This document shows, one piece after another, positions 12,515 to 26,829 of a DNA stretch of 64,000 nucleotides. The position numbers were made by a program, and so were the translations under genes. The notes under the pieces are model-generated. The model was not told the DNA's origin. It did no database searches and saw only the letters and a program-made list of their open reading frames with translations. This DNA comes from Octopus vulgaris. Lineage: Eukaryota. The stretch is taken from assembly GCA_951406725.2 (NCBI GenBank), contig OX597821.1, forward strand, positions 87,234,001 to 87,298,000, written 5' to 3'. The first letter of the stretch is position 1, and every line of letters begins with the position of its first letter.

Positions 12515-12597
12515 GGCCTGACGAGTAGCCAGTGGTGTACTCCTCGTTGAGTAATTACTACTTCCGAGGTTCTGCAAGCTATAAAACATATGTAGCC
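12515..12597 (+). ncRNA. Hammerhead-like motif with long stem II (G12 apparently mutated)
   Basis: ggc-CTGACGA-gtagc...gctat-AAAAC-atat-GTA-gcc; palindromic stem III ACATATGT; inner hairpin cctcg/cgagg. Confidence 0.65.
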
Positions 12598-12889
12598 TGG
12601 TTTTACCTCTTCCATTCCCTAAATTTGGATTTTAATTCGCATGCACATTTGTTAACCGTGAATTATAAGATAACGTTTTTCAACTTATCGAACTTCGTTC
12701 GATATGGGTTAAAATTTACAACCTTCTACCCCAATAAACCACTATTGTGCCTTAAAGTTGTTTTTTATACCTACTGCGGACTTATTGAAGCTTACTAACT
12801 TCACACACCTGGATCCTTGGATCTTTCCTTTACATATTATTACATATATATATATTTTTCTTTCCTATAATTCGATATAAATAATTACT

Positions 12890-13474
12890 ACTCTTCTATT
12901 TCTCTCAAACTTCTTAATCAAGCGCTCCTTTTAGCTAGGAATCTAACTAACCTAACCAACCCCACTAGAAATTAAAATAATCTTTAATACCCGTAAAATC
13001 CTTATTTCTTTTGAGGACAAACTTTGGTGTCGGGCCGACCACCATAACAACCATAACAAATTTGACATTATGATGGAATCATCCGACTCCGCCCAAGTCA
13101 CCGACCTCATCAGACTATACATACTCCATCAGCTCCAAATACATTTCCCTAACATCAAGGGTGGCCTTTATAGAGATAGTGTCTTGCTAGTCACCAAGAG
13201 CTTAAATAAACCCTCTTTAGAACGAACTAGGAAAGATCTACACAAATTTTTCTCTAGCCTCAATCTATCAATTACTTTTGAAAATTCCCACAAAACGACT
13301 AATTTTCTAATCGTAACTTTAAACCTAGAAACCTCCCAATACTCCCCATATCACAAACCTAACCAATACCTTAAGTACTTAAACATTAATTCCAATCACC
13401 ACAAATCTACCTTTGATAATATATCAATTCGTATATCTAACCTCTCATCCACCTTTTCTGTACCCACCCTTTAA
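12890..13474 (+). pseudogene. PLE reverse transcriptase fragment
   Basis: SSISLKLLNQAL...EIKIIFNTRK...FDIMMESSDSAQVTDLIRLYIL...GGLYRDSVL...NFLIVTLNL...YSPYHKPN...SNH matches the PLE RT pattern FDVTMGSYDGAE/GLYRDDGL/FLDVTLNL/PYRKPN/SNHP; catalytic DD is broken. Confidence 0.85.
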
Positions 13475-14084
13475 CGCCATTCTAACATATCACCCCACCT
13501 TACACACCTCACACATATTCATTACTTACATTTTTATCTCTTCCTTCCCCTCCCCTACTCCCTTCCCACCCCCTCTTAATATCTTGACCACCAACTAACA
13601 CTCTTTTTTTCATTTTCACTCTTCCTTACACTTTTCATCTTCTCTTCTTGCTTTCATTTTCTCTCCCTCTTTCTTTCCTCCTTCTTTTCTCACATCTTCC
13701 TTTGACCTCTCTCTTCTCTTTAACATACACATCTCTTCTTCCCTCTCTATCCATTTATTACTACCACTACATTCTCAAATTTTCATTCACACCACAAGAT
13801 CCCTTTGAATGAACAGTACTTAGTATCTACGTCTCCACACTTTCCATCTGTGATGACAAAATATGAACTCCTATTGGAATTTACATACAATGGACAGGAA
13901 GCATTTCTGCCACTTCTACACACCACTTTCCTTGGATAATGGAACTGCAACTATAACATCTTTATATATTTTTATTTCTACATTCATTCTCTTATTTCCC
14001 TATATACTCCTTATTTGTTTCCTTTTCCAAAATAACTCCTCATATTGAACTCTACTATTTCCCTCTATTTAACCATCTCACATC

Positions 14085-14132
14085 GTCTCTGATGAAGGGG
14101 TTTCCCTAATATCCTTGAAACAGCTGTAAGAC
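14085..14132 (+). ncRNA. Minimal type I hammerhead ribozyme (PLE-associated)
   Basis: gtct-CTGATGA-agg..cctt-GAAAC-agct-GTA-agac; palindromic stem III ACAGCTGT. Confidence 0.85.
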
Positions 14133-14366
14133 TAACTTTCTCTTTATAAATGTTCTGAAAACACTACACAGCTTTGGCTTCGTTGTTTCATTTTATTTAA
14201 GATATATATCAGCAACAAAATATTCGGAAGCGAAAATTTACAAGATATTAATATTCCTATTATTATCGAAAGTAAGATAAATAGTTAATTCTAACAGAAA
14301 CATTTATATAAGAGATTGCAGGGCTAAAAAATAGCATCATATAGCTAGAGAATTAAAATTATAACA

Positions 14367-14461
<95 letters not shown>

Positions 14462-14462
<1 letters not shown>

Positions 14463-14768
14463 TAGCAGTATCGCCTGACGTTGCTACGGATTTGTAAGGG
14501 AAATAACTATATTAGCATTTTTAGAGAGTTACTTCCCTTATATAAAACCGAGTAAAAAATGCATTAAAAAAACGAAAAAATGATGGTAAATTTTTTTTTA
14601 AATCGTAGACTCATCGCAGACGCGCGCTAATACCCAGAAGGTCTTGATATGAATCACGACTATAAGATACCCGCTTTTGGTTAAACTGCACCGCAAAATG
14701 CGTAGTTAGGAATCTAAATCGGAGTAGACAGACTCTCACACACACAACTTAAGTTTTATATATAAAGA
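14462..14768 (-). mobile_element. Non-autonomous Helitron
   Basis: Minus strand starts TCTTTATATATAAAA and ends ...gcaacgtcaggcgatactgCTAG, inserted between A and T; homologous to 56959-57354. Confidence 0.88.
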
Positions 14769-16007
14769 TATATATACACACATACATATCCGTATACATA
14801 TACATATATATACAATACAACACAAATTACATTCCAAAGACTAGGCCTTCTGTTTAGGACCAGATAATATTGTAGGTCTGGTTTGTATGTTGACTCTCTA
14901 CAAAGCTCAAGTGCAAACACCGTAAGTATTCTACTCTCATATCTGAGACGGTGTTGCTGTTACACGTAAATATCTTCGTACGAACCCTTTCCAAAATGGT
15001 CATTCAAGTGATGAGCAAATGCTGACTTAATGGCTCACAGGTCTGCTGTTGTTTTTCACTTAACTAGTGGTACTAAAATTCTGGCTCTCAGAATTAGCAA
15101 GCTGCTTACCACCTCCATTCAAGCAGACCTCATACACCTGTCTCTCCTCGTTATCTGCACTCAATTGTATCTGAACCTCTACTTTAGGTTCTGTACCAAA
15201 AATTCTAGATTATTCCCTCCACCCCACCCTCGTTCATGTTTTTCAGTATGTATAAACAGACAGAATAACCAGCTGACTATCACCTGCATCGATTCTACTA
15301 GTGACAGAAAGCTTGTGAATGCGACGGCTGCTATACACACATATATGCCAGTTAATGATAATCGAATGAGTTTTTGTTTTCTGTAGTGTTTCGGGCATAT
15401 CTCCATTCCACACCCCCCACACACACACAGATATATGTGTGTATGTGGGAATATCGAAGAAGTTTCGATGGTCGTTTGAAACCATTTAATGCAAGTCAAT
15501 AATGTTCTTGGGTAAGGGATGGCCATCATTCATTCAGTTTATCGAAGAATAATGATTTTTAGCAATGGTACCGTCTCCTCACACTCCAGGGAAACAATAC
15601 AGTTGATCGAAGCAACCTCAATATATACTTGCTATTTGTTTTATCGAGTCTGGAGAAATGAAAGACAAAGCCAACACCGGCTAGATTTCTGCTTGGAGTC
15701 TCAAAGAAATAAGGGTTTCTGATATAAGTACAAGAGCAGTAATTTAGGGGTAAAAGTTTAGTCGGTACTTATGACCTCAGTACATGACTGGTACTTTATT
15801 TGGTTAATATGCTCTCTAGCGATGTAACAAAGTGGAAATAAATTGTCGTAAAAGATGAAAGTAAATTGCGATAGAACTCGAAAGTGTTAGTAGTCTCCTT
15901 CTCTGTACATTAGATGAATTATTACTGGCAGAATCAATTGGCTCCCCCCGACCCAAAGGAAATGGTTCGTATAGTCCGAGTGAATCTACTGGAACACCGC
16001 CGTCGCT

Positions 16008-16182
16008 TTCCAAAATAACTCCTATACAGAACTCTAATATTTCCCTCTATTTAGCCATCTCACATCGTCTCTGATGAAAGGATATCTCTAATATCCTAGA
16101 AACAGCTGTAAGACTAACTTACTCTTTATAAATGTTCTGATGAAGGGATGTCCCTAATATCCTAGAAACAGCTGTAAGACAT
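16008..16182 (+). ncRNA. PLE 3' tail with two tandem minimal hammerheads
   Basis: Matches 14025-14158; cores CTGATGA at 16071 and 16137, each followed by GAAACAGCTGTAagac. Confidence 0.85.
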
Positions 16183-17272
16183 AGATCTTTCTCTATGGCT
16201 TATTAACCGCACAGGATTATTGCATTGCTTACATGTATCTGTCTGTGCTATCTATCATGCATCGACTTGCGAGCCACCGAATTGCCATCCCGTTGGTTTT
16301 CGTTGCTGGGCATAATACGTTGGAACGGTGGACCTCATTTGCCATTTCTGAAATACTTAACCCATTACCGGAATGTATCAAACATGTAGACATGGTAAGA
16401 TGAGGGAGACCTTTTTTTTTTATGAAATCCTGGTATGCTACTGTCGTCTCTTTTGGTTCTCACCGCAAATTACTTCCATTTTTTTTTTTTTTAGAACAAT
16501 TTACTTTCACTTTTTTTTACGACGGTAAACTGCATGTTAAACATTTATTTTATCGACTACAGAAGGATGAAAAGCAAAGTTAACCTCGGAGGAATCTAAA
16601 CACAGAATGTAAAGTGCCTGAAGAAATACGCAACGCATTACTTTTGGTTCTGCCAGTTCGCCTCCTCCATCTTAATGACATAACAGCACGCAGCTGTCTA
16701 ATGACCTCAAATATTTATTGGCGTTTAGTTCGCCATGAACCGAGCGAGTCCTCAGCTAGGTTTCGTTTCCCAGTTGCAACCATTTTATTTCATTTACAAA
16801 CATTAATGTATTTTTCAGGAAAAATGCATGAACGTCACGGCATTTACAGCTGAAGCTAATCTAGGAAAACATGATAGCAATACGGTTTCATCAATCCTTG
16901 CCGTAGGTTGTCGTAATCACGCTTTACAACCAATGACTGACACAAACAAGTCAGATAAAAATCCCGGAGCTAATTCCAAGCTGAGGGTTGGGTATGCTTT
17001 TCTACTTACTCCTTCAAACAAAAAAAACCGAAAGTGGGAAGGTGTAGCAGTAATATAGAGGTTGTAGTATTGAATTTCTTCAAAGGGGTCCATCACTTGA
17101 ACTTGATGTTTAAAGGGATGCAAAAATGGCAGGGGCATGCTGTCCCATGCGCATGCGCACATACAATGTTATATAGCTACCTATACGCATAGGATGGGAG
17201 GGTGTTAAAAAACAAAACAAAAACACACACACACACACACAAATGTACATGCGCACATACATACAGAAACAC

Positions 17273-17311
<39 letters not shown>

Positions 17312-17430
17312 TATAATTCTTATACAAGAAGGTTATTGACAAACACACACAAACATAAACACACACACAAATATTGGACTATATATCTCATTCTTATACA
17401 AGAATGTCGTTGACATATATATATATGTGT

Positions 17431-17469
<39 letters not shown>

Positions 17470-18297
17470 TGTACATGTGTGTGCGGTATGTATGTCTCCC
17501 TGTACGTGTGTGAGAGAGAATACCAAAAAAAGATGTAGATTTAAAAGTACGTACGCAGACGTTCGTGCAAGTGTACGGACACAAATGCATATCCAAATAA
17601 ACGGCAAAAAGCTTGCGTTAGGGGTATAACATTTTTAGCTTTTAACTTTTTCTGCTCTTGTTTTTATACTTAATGTTATGTATTCTCGTATGCTGTTGTT
17701 GTAGTTGTTGTTGTCTCACATTAGTTTAAACCCAAGATGAATCACTAGACAAATCGAAGGATCAAAGCAGGGAAAGCGAAAACATCTCTTAACACACACA
17801 CACACACACACACACGCGCGCAAACGTATGTACACACACATATACACCCATGAACACATACATAAACCCGTGTATATACACACACACACATGTACACACA
17901 CATATATACACCCATATTCATTCAAGATCTACATATAATACTCGATCTCATTCATGTTTAAACACGCACGCACACACACACACGCACACGCATACGCACA
18001 CGCACACACACACACGCACACACACACACACGCGCGCGCACGCAAGCAGATTATGTGGACAAAAAATTTAATCCCCGAAATTACTATGACCATGCACTCA
18101 TACACACAAACACACACACATACACACACAGATATGCATCGTCGTACATACACACATACATATGCAAATCGGTGCGTTAATATACATTTTACACCGGGAC
18201 AATGCGTCGCAGACACGACTCCCCACTCCACTCTCAAGTGCCGCAAATATTTAAGCATCAATAATAATAATAATAATAATAATAATTATTATTATTA

Positions 18298-19114
18298 TTT
18301 CTACTCTAGGTACAAGGCCTTGAAAATTTTTGGGGAAGGGGGCTAGTCGATTATATCGACTCCAGTGCGTAACTGGTACTTATTTAATCGATCCCGAAAA
18401 GATGACAGGTAAAGTCGACCTCGGCGGAATTTGAACTTGGAACGTTGCGACAGGCGAAATATCTATTTCTTTACTACCCACAAGGGGCTAAACACAGTGA
18501 GGACAAACAAGGACAGACAAACGGATTAAGTCGATTATATCGACCCCAGTGCGTGACTGATACTTATTTAATCGACTCGAAAGGATGAAAGGCAAAGTCG
18601 ACCTCGGCGGAATTTGAACTCAGAACGTAGCGGCAGACGAAATACCTATTTCTTTACTACCCATAAGGGGCTAAACACAGAGGGGACAAACAAGGACAGA
18701 CAAACGGATTAAGTCGATTATATCGACCCCAGTGCGTAACTGGTACTTATTTAATCGACCCCGAAAGGCATGAAAGGCAAAGTCCGATCTCGGCGGAATT
18801 TGAACTCAGAACGTAGCGGCAGGTGAAATACCGCTAAGCATTTCGTCCGCTGCGCTAACGATTCTGCCAGCTCGTCGCCTTAATAATAATAATAATAATC
18901 CTTTCTACTATAGGCACACGGCCTGAAAATTTTGGGGAGGGGACTGATTGATTAAATCGGCCCCAGTATTCAACTGTTACATAGTTTTATCGACTCCAAA
19001 GGATGAAAGGCAAAGTCCACCTCGGCGGAATTTGAACTCAAAACGTCTTTAAGACGGACGAAATGTCGCTAAGCATTTTTCCCAGCGTGCTAACGATTTT
19101 GCCAGCTCGCCGCC

Positions 19115-19173
<59 letters not shown>

Positions 19174-19334
19174 TAATCCTTTCTACAAAAGATACAAGAC
19201 CTGAAATTTTGAAGGAAGGGACAAGTCGATCACGTCGACCCCAGCGTTTCACTGGTACTTCCTTTATCGACTGCGAAAGGATGAAAGGCAAAGTCGACCT
19301 CGGAGGAATTTGAACTCAAACATTAAGACGCTTT
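18298..19334 (-). mobile_element. Tandem/nested cluster of family B SINEs separated by (TAA)n
   Basis: Five copies of the aaagtcgacctcggcggaatttgaactc core with two alternative tails. Confidence 0.88.
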
Positions 19335-19565
19335 AATAATGATAATAATAATAATAATAACACAAAGCGGAATACATTCCTCTATTCCTCTATTCCCAAA
19401 TGTTCTTCTCAACAAAGAAACAGCTCCTCCCCAAAGACACCCACTGCACCAGACACACGTTATATCTTTGCCTTTCAAGATGTACAGATAGATAAATAAT
19501 TCCATATGTAAGAACATCATAGTTTGGCAAACCCTTTTTTTTTAAATAATTTCTTCGTAGATATG

Positions 19566-20055
<490 letters not shown>

Positions 20056-20369
20056 GTGATAACATTCTCCCTCTCATCAGTACAAAGTTAAATGTCAGAT
20101 GCGTTGTTAATAAAAAGAAAAGAACACTAGTTCTATCCCTCTTCTGGCACACATACAGGATTAAAGAGATAATCAGCACAAGATATATTTTTGTCATTTT
20201 TATGCTAACAGCAACAATAAACCCGGCTGTTGCCGATTGTGCTGAAATGTCTCTAATCAAGATTATTGCTGGCCGAGTCCTTCCCGGCCATAGGCAGTGG
20301 GAACATTGTGCAATTAATGAGTGTTGCATTAATTTGCTATGCTGAAATGAAATTCTCTTCGAGTGGTAT

Positions 20370-20741
20370 TTGAAGGAGTTGGCCAAAGAGGGAAATACCT
20401 GTCGTCAAATCTTTCAGATGAAGGCCACGAAGTCCACCACATCATTCTTTTTGCCATTACCCCCAAGGAGCGGAAAGAGGAAAATTATCGGCCCTACCTT
20501 GCCAAACAAACGTGACTCATAGATTCTAGCTGTAGACTTGGCTTGTATTCGGATTCATCCAATAAATACATTTGTAACACATCCCACATTCCTCCCGATT
20601 TCCTTTTTTACCTTACTCGCGTACCTGCTGTACTCTCCTTACTTCCGCTCTTTCCCCTTGGATACTTACGATTAGACACACATCAACATTGCACACGTTC
20701 ACTAACCCACCCTATAATACTTCCATACTTGCACGCCTCTG

Positions 20742-20825
<84 letters not shown>

Positions 20826-21135
20826 CACACACATACAGCATTCCTCCTCATGTTCATCTCAAAGCATAACTATGTGATACACCCCGCCCTTCCCACCCCT
20901 TCTTAACTATCTCCATAGAATCGGATTCCTACCTGGCCCTTAACCTGTCACCCATTTATTTTTTTTATCAACCAATTTTCCTCTTTCACATCCCCCCTTC
21001 AATTTTTTTCTGAAGAAGGAATTGCGTCCGAAGCGTCAAGACATTTTTACTACCTTTTAATGCGTTGAACTAATACAATATTTGTTTAAATTTGTCTCTC
21101 TTTTGTTGTCATTTTGTTTTAGTTCATTGCCTTCG
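20370..21135 (+). mobile_element. Old PLE-like 3' remnant with a decayed minimal hammerhead
   Basis: tttt-CTGAAGA-agga..tcc-GAAGC-GTC-aaga at 21006-21041; downstream tail resembles 50725-50820. Confidence 0.5.
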
Positions 21136-21244
21136 TAACATGCATCTCTATTGTACGTATGTGTGTATGTATGATTGCACACATATATTCAAATATATCG
21201 TCGCTTCATCACGATGATACATACATAGATACACGCATGCATGC

Positions 21245-21275
<31 letters not shown>

Positions 21276-21301
21276 CATACATACATACATACATACATAC
21301 A

Positions 21302-21333
<32 letters not shown>

Positions 21334-21515
21334 CCCTACATTCCATTGCCTCCTCTGGAAGCAGAAATAGATTCAATAACTCAAAAGTATATTTTGTATG
21401 GTATTTAATATAACTTTATTCATCTATGTTGTTCGGATACATTCCACTGGTGACTCTGAGGCATTTGTCACAGAACATTTCCGCTTATTTACTGAATTAC
21501 CTGCTGATTGTTATA

Positions 21516-21729
21516 CAGGGTGTCACAGAAGTTGCGCACCACTGTGGTTTTTTAAAAGAATACATCCTTATTGATTTCAAAAACACTTTATTGTAATTAA
21601 TTAATCGTAAAAAACGCTCAAATTGAGCACCCTCTACAATAAAACATGCAGAAAAAATATAATAAAATGAAATGCTTTAATTATTTTAAATATAAAACCA
21701 GAATGGTGAGCGACTTCTGGGACACCCTG
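21516..21729. mobile_element. Tc1/mariner MITE
   Basis: TIRs cagggtgtcacagaagttgcgcacca / tggtgagcgacttctgggacaccctg, TA on both sides. Confidence 0.85.
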
Positions 21730-21987
21730 TATAGTTTAAATTCCAACATTAATGGTTTTATCAGTTATAAAATCATTCCCTGTAAAGTGTACAAGCAACA
21801 CGCCATTATTATCTACTACTTTATCCTGACGATGCGGCTGTGACGGTCTAGAAAAGTTAGTAGACGAATAGATTTAAAGATACCGCAGTTCGAGAAATTT
21901 TAATGCGAAATATGAAACTCGAGTTCTGTCGTCTCTATTAATATACTTATGCAAATATATGTATTATTAAACTTTAAGATAAATACA

Positions 21988-22049
<62 letters not shown>

Positions 22050-22444
22050 ACTGGTGGTGCCCCAGCATGGCCATAAACTTGGGGCTGAATCATATAAAAG
22101 AATACCCACGTACGAAAATAAATGCGTACATACATACATACATACATACATACATACATACATGTGCTTGCGTGTGGGGAGTTAAACTTAATGACGAGAA
22201 TGACAACATGTGAGCTAAACTGAAAGCAAATTATGTTTATTTCATTTTTAATACTCAATGAAAGTATCTTTGACGTTTCGCGTTTAAGTTGTTCTTCAAA
22301 AGTTAGCTGGGAAAATGTAGAGGAAGAGGGGGAAAAACGGGAGCAACGGGAAAATAGGCGTCATTTTAAAATTATACATGTATTCAAACATGTATGCTGA
22401 CACATAATCACATGTATGTGTTTTTGCATATATGTACACACACA

Positions 22445-22482
<38 letters not shown>

Positions 22483-23351
22483 CGCGCGCACACGCATAAT
22501 CTTATCATTGCATATATACAATGCATTCAGCTGGCAGAACCATTTGCATGCCGGACAAAATGCTTAGTGGCATTTCGACAGTCTTTACGTTCTGAGTTCA
22601 AATTCCGCCAAGGTCGACTTTGCCTTTCATCCTTTCAGGGTCGATGAAATAAATACCAGATAAGCACCAGGGTCAAGGTAATCGACTAATTCCGACGCCA
22701 AATTTTCAGGCCGTGTGTCTTTACTGGAAAAGACAATTACTAATATACAACTTCATACATACATACACACACACACATACACACACCCACACCAACACAC
22801 GCACACACACTCCCCTCATACACATGCATGACCGAGTGCGTTTCTATAAGTTAATGTTGTTCTTTCCGTGTACAGGATGTAAATAGTTTTAGCAGAAACC
22901 AAGTCACAGCATTCATCCCATACGCCATAACATCGTTCACCCACCTAAACGGCATTCACTAATTAATGTCTTTATATGAAATTTTATGAAATGTCCCCTC
23001 AAATATTGTTTACAATAAGAGCCCTGTGTAGAAGAGTCCAATGGGACCATGGAATTTTCTGTTAAAGAAATTAACTTCACGGAATAGAGTAGCTGTTTCC
23101 ATTATTGACCGACCAAGGATATATATGGGATTTGATGTCCCAGCATGGAGTTAGTAAAAATATCATTAATAAGTATAGACGGCAGAATTGGATGAATGTC
23201 TGAGAAAATACCTTGTGGTATTTAGTTATAACCACTTATGTTCTGAGTTCAATTTCCGAAGTGGGGGGAAAATATAATGTTTTTAAACTCTTTGGGGGGT
23301 CGATAAAATAAATGTTGATGTAAGTAAAGAGTTTCTGTAACGCCACCTTAA

Positions 23352-23389
<38 letters not shown>

Positions 23390-23407
23390 ATAATAATAAT
23401 AATAATG

Positions 23408-23767
23408 GTTTCAAATTTTTCCACAAGGGCAACAATATTGGGGGAAGGGGATAAGTCAATTACATCGACCCCCAGTGTTCAACTTGTACTTGTTTTATCG
23501 ACCCCGAAAGGATGAAAGGCGAAGTCGACCTCGGCGGAATTTGAACTCAGAACGTAATGACAGACGAAATACCGCTAAGCATTTCGTCCAGCGTACTAAA
23601 GATTCTACCAGCTCGCTGCCTTCAATAAGTATTTCAAATTTTTGTCACTAGTGCAGCTTGGAGGAGGTGGGGATAGGTCCATTACAACGACCCCGGTGTT
23701 CAACTGGTACTTATTTTATCGACCCCGAAAGGATCAAAGATAAAGTCGACCTCGGTGGAATTTGAAC

Positions 23768-23770
<3 letters not shown>
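23408..23770 (-). mobile_element. Two family B SINE copies in (TAA)n context
   Basis: Repeated family B core. Confidence 0.82.
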
Positions 23771-23809
<39 letters not shown>

Positions 23810-23825
23810 TAATAATAATAATAAT

Positions 23826-24232
23826 AGGTGTAGGAATGGCTGTGTGGTAAGTAGCTTGCTTACCAACCACATGGTCCCAGGTTCAGTCCCACTGCGTGGC
23901 ACCTTGGGCAAGTGTCTTCTACGATAGCCTCGGGCCGACCAAAGCCTTGTGTGTGGATTTGGTAGACGGAAACTGAAAGAAGCCCGTCGTATTTATGTAT
24001 ATATATGTGTATGTGTGTGTATATGTTTGTGTGTCTGTGTTTGTCCCTCCCAACATTGCTTGACAACAGATGCTGGTGTGTTTACGTCTCTGTAACCTAG
24101 CGGTTCGGCAAAAGAGATCCGATAGAATAAGTACTAAGCTTACAAAGAATAAGTCCTGGGGGCAATTTGCTCGACTAAAGGCAGTGCTCAAGCATGGCCG
24201 CAGTCAAATGACTGAAACAAGTAAAAGAGTAA
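23826..24232 (+). mobile_element. SINE family A, full length
   Basis: Matches family A throughout. Confidence 0.9.
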
Positions 24233-25846
24233 AACCTTTTTGTCTGATTTTCTAAAGTTTCTGCTAATCTACCACTCAAATCTTAAAGCCACAGGTGGAT
24301 GCTCTGCTTGGGTCATCTGTGGGAACTCTGCAGATCTCGGACTACTTTAACTAACTAGGACAATTGCCTTCTATCATTTCTGCTCTTCGGCCTCTAGCTG
24401 CTTGTTCCGAGTAGGCCCATTCCATCAAATTAAACTCCTTACTATAAAACCAGTTTTCTATAAATATACTAGAGGACAGCTCTTCCTTTACCGCTCTTAT
24501 TTCTTCTTCAAGGTGTACCTGATAAATTTGATGTAAAAGTGATAATTCCTTATATAGATAAAGATCAACGCTTGTATCGAACTCATTATTTGATCGGTAT
24601 TCTATATTATCGACCCTGAAGGATAAAAGGCAAAGTTGATCTGGGCGGGATTTGAACTCAGAACGAAAAACAATCAGGACAATTACACTCCAATGATTTT
24701 GCCAATCAGACGATCTTGATAGAAAAATTAGAATGACAAGCACTATAATTTTTGACAATGATTTTTCTCGCTTTCAGGATGTATCAAATATCATTGAAAA
24801 TGGAAGCGAATTAGAATCAATGATTTTTCTCATGATCTTATTTTATATTAATTTAATTAATTTATTTATTTGCAGCACACCTCCTTCACTTTCAAAACAA
24901 TTATTTCAAAATTTCGGATTTTACAAAGAGTATTAATTTTAAACAGTAATTCTGCTTTAATTCTTATTTCTATTTTTACTGAACGTATGTCAAATTAACT
25001 ATAGATTCTATCACTTCAAGTATTATTACATCAATTCTTTTTAGTGACCTTATGGCTGTAATTCATACACTTGACGTCTTCCTGACACTTCTCAACTTAT
25101 CTTGTTCACTGCTCCTTAATGCTAGTTGTCTCCCGTTATCACACTATCGATGATTTAACAGCCATGCCTTGTTTGTTCATTTCTGTACTGTCTGGCTTCC
25201 TCCTCCGTCAATCATGTTTCATTGATGTTGATATGATGATACAAAGTTTGGTGTCTTGAGACTCAATATTACTAGACAACTAGCGTTCATAACACTTTCC
25301 TACTGTGATATTCTTACCTATCCGAGCAACATTGCTATGTTTTATTCATTTCATTATTGTCTTATCACCGCAGACCTCATCATCGCAGCTGTCATTGCTG
25401 TCGACCTCGCAGCGGTTTCACTACAATCAATACTAATATCATGGCGAACGCCGTAGTGAAGTTCTTAATAAATCTAGTTTAGAGACTCGATTTCGGATCA
25501 AACTTGGAATCATTTGGCGACTAACGTAAATTGTAAAATCAATGCTCATCCTATCATTTGTAGATAAACTTTCACGTCCTGTCAATATGTTGGTTATTAG
25601 TGTTGCACTTGCTGCAAAATAAATGGGCGTTCTACCCAACTTAAGCCCGCATCTAGGCAGGGTTTCTTACATAATTTCTTATTTCTTTATTGACCACATT
25701 CTTTTACTTCAGTAGAGACACAAGTTTAGTCTCTCTCTCTCAAACTTTCTGACTTTAAAAAGATATAGAAAACAACTAAACGTGATATCGACCCTGAAAG
25801 GATGAAAAGCAAGTAATAATAATAGTAATGATAATAATAATAATAA

Positions 25847-26404
25847 ATGCCCTGATGCAGTACCAGGCAGTGGCTCTCATAGCTTCTGATCTTAACTGAT
25901 TGGAAGTGTTATCATGTACATTGTTTTGTTTTGGTATAGAAGATGGGCTACAGCAAATATTCTGCTCAACACCACAGATTTGCATGTCAGTTGTTTGACC
26001 TTAACCAGTTGACCATGTCCCTTAGTGGCGGATGATATGTGCATCTCTGATCACAAGCCGACGTAGTCGGGGGAGCATCATAGCCATGTGTTGAGAGAGA
26101 TTCTTTGGGGTTTGAATAATTCACCTCTGGAAACATGGCTGTTTCGTTCAACATCCTTAAATAACCCTTATTCAGGGACCGTTTGAGCGGATTGGGTTAC
26201 TCAACCAGAAGAAAATTCTAACTGGGCCCCACAAGCAAGGTCATGTGCTGTTTATCTTGATATGAGATCACCATGTCGCGCACATATGGTTGTGATGCAT
26301 GTACCTAGTGTACCCTTATCAGACGGGTAGTCATGATGGGTATACTGGGCTTCGTATATTTTACCCCAGTGTCACTTTGATGGCATGAACTGCTCTCTCA
26401 CTCA
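25847..26404 (+). mobile_element. (TAA)n-embedded retroelement tail, probably a 5'-truncated Dong/R4-type LINE 3' UTR
   Basis: About 560-bp non-coding block flanked on both sides by (TAA)n; partial second copy at about 48158-48306. Dong/R4 elements are known to target TAA repeats; the clade assignment is inference. Confidence 0.55.
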
Positions 26405-26647
26405 ATAATAATAATAATAATAATTAGGATGATGATGATGGCTCCGGAGCATTTTTACCTACACTGTGTTGCGAAGGAATAATGATAATAAAAATAAAGA
26501 CATTTCTGTCGGTGGTAGCAGTCAAGAGAAACAGATAATTTCGATCAGTTAAATCTCCAGAATATCCTTTGACAATTCGAAATAAACGTCTAGTCGAATC
26601 GTTAATAAGCCACGCGGGACAGAGAGAGAAAGAGAGAGGGAGAGTGT

Positions 26648-26678
<31 letters not shown>

Positions 26679-26829
26679 GGAGGAGAAAGAGAGAGGAGGA
26701 GAGTGAGAGAGAGAGGGAGGGAGAGAAAGAAAGGAGGACTGGGGCATTTTTGAGGACATATATATATTTGTGTGTGAGTTTGGCTGTTTGGGTGTGAGTG
26801 TGTACGTGTGCGCGAGCGCGTGCTATATA

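Larger units (their letters stand above)
12890..14215 (+). mobile_element. Degenerate Penelope-like retroelement (Naiad-like RT) with 3' hammerhead
   Basis: RT remnant at about 12890-13470, pyrimidine-rich spacer, then a minimal HHR at 14085-14132. Confidence 0.8.

Noticed and set aside
18298-19334. Regularly repeated units suggestive of a CRISPR array
   Set aside because: Units are about 180-bp SINE copies without unique spacers, in eukaryotic DNA.
24351-24758. 135-aa minus-strand ORF with a possible splice acceptor
   Set aside because: The first half is SINE-derived and the rest has no recognisable domain.
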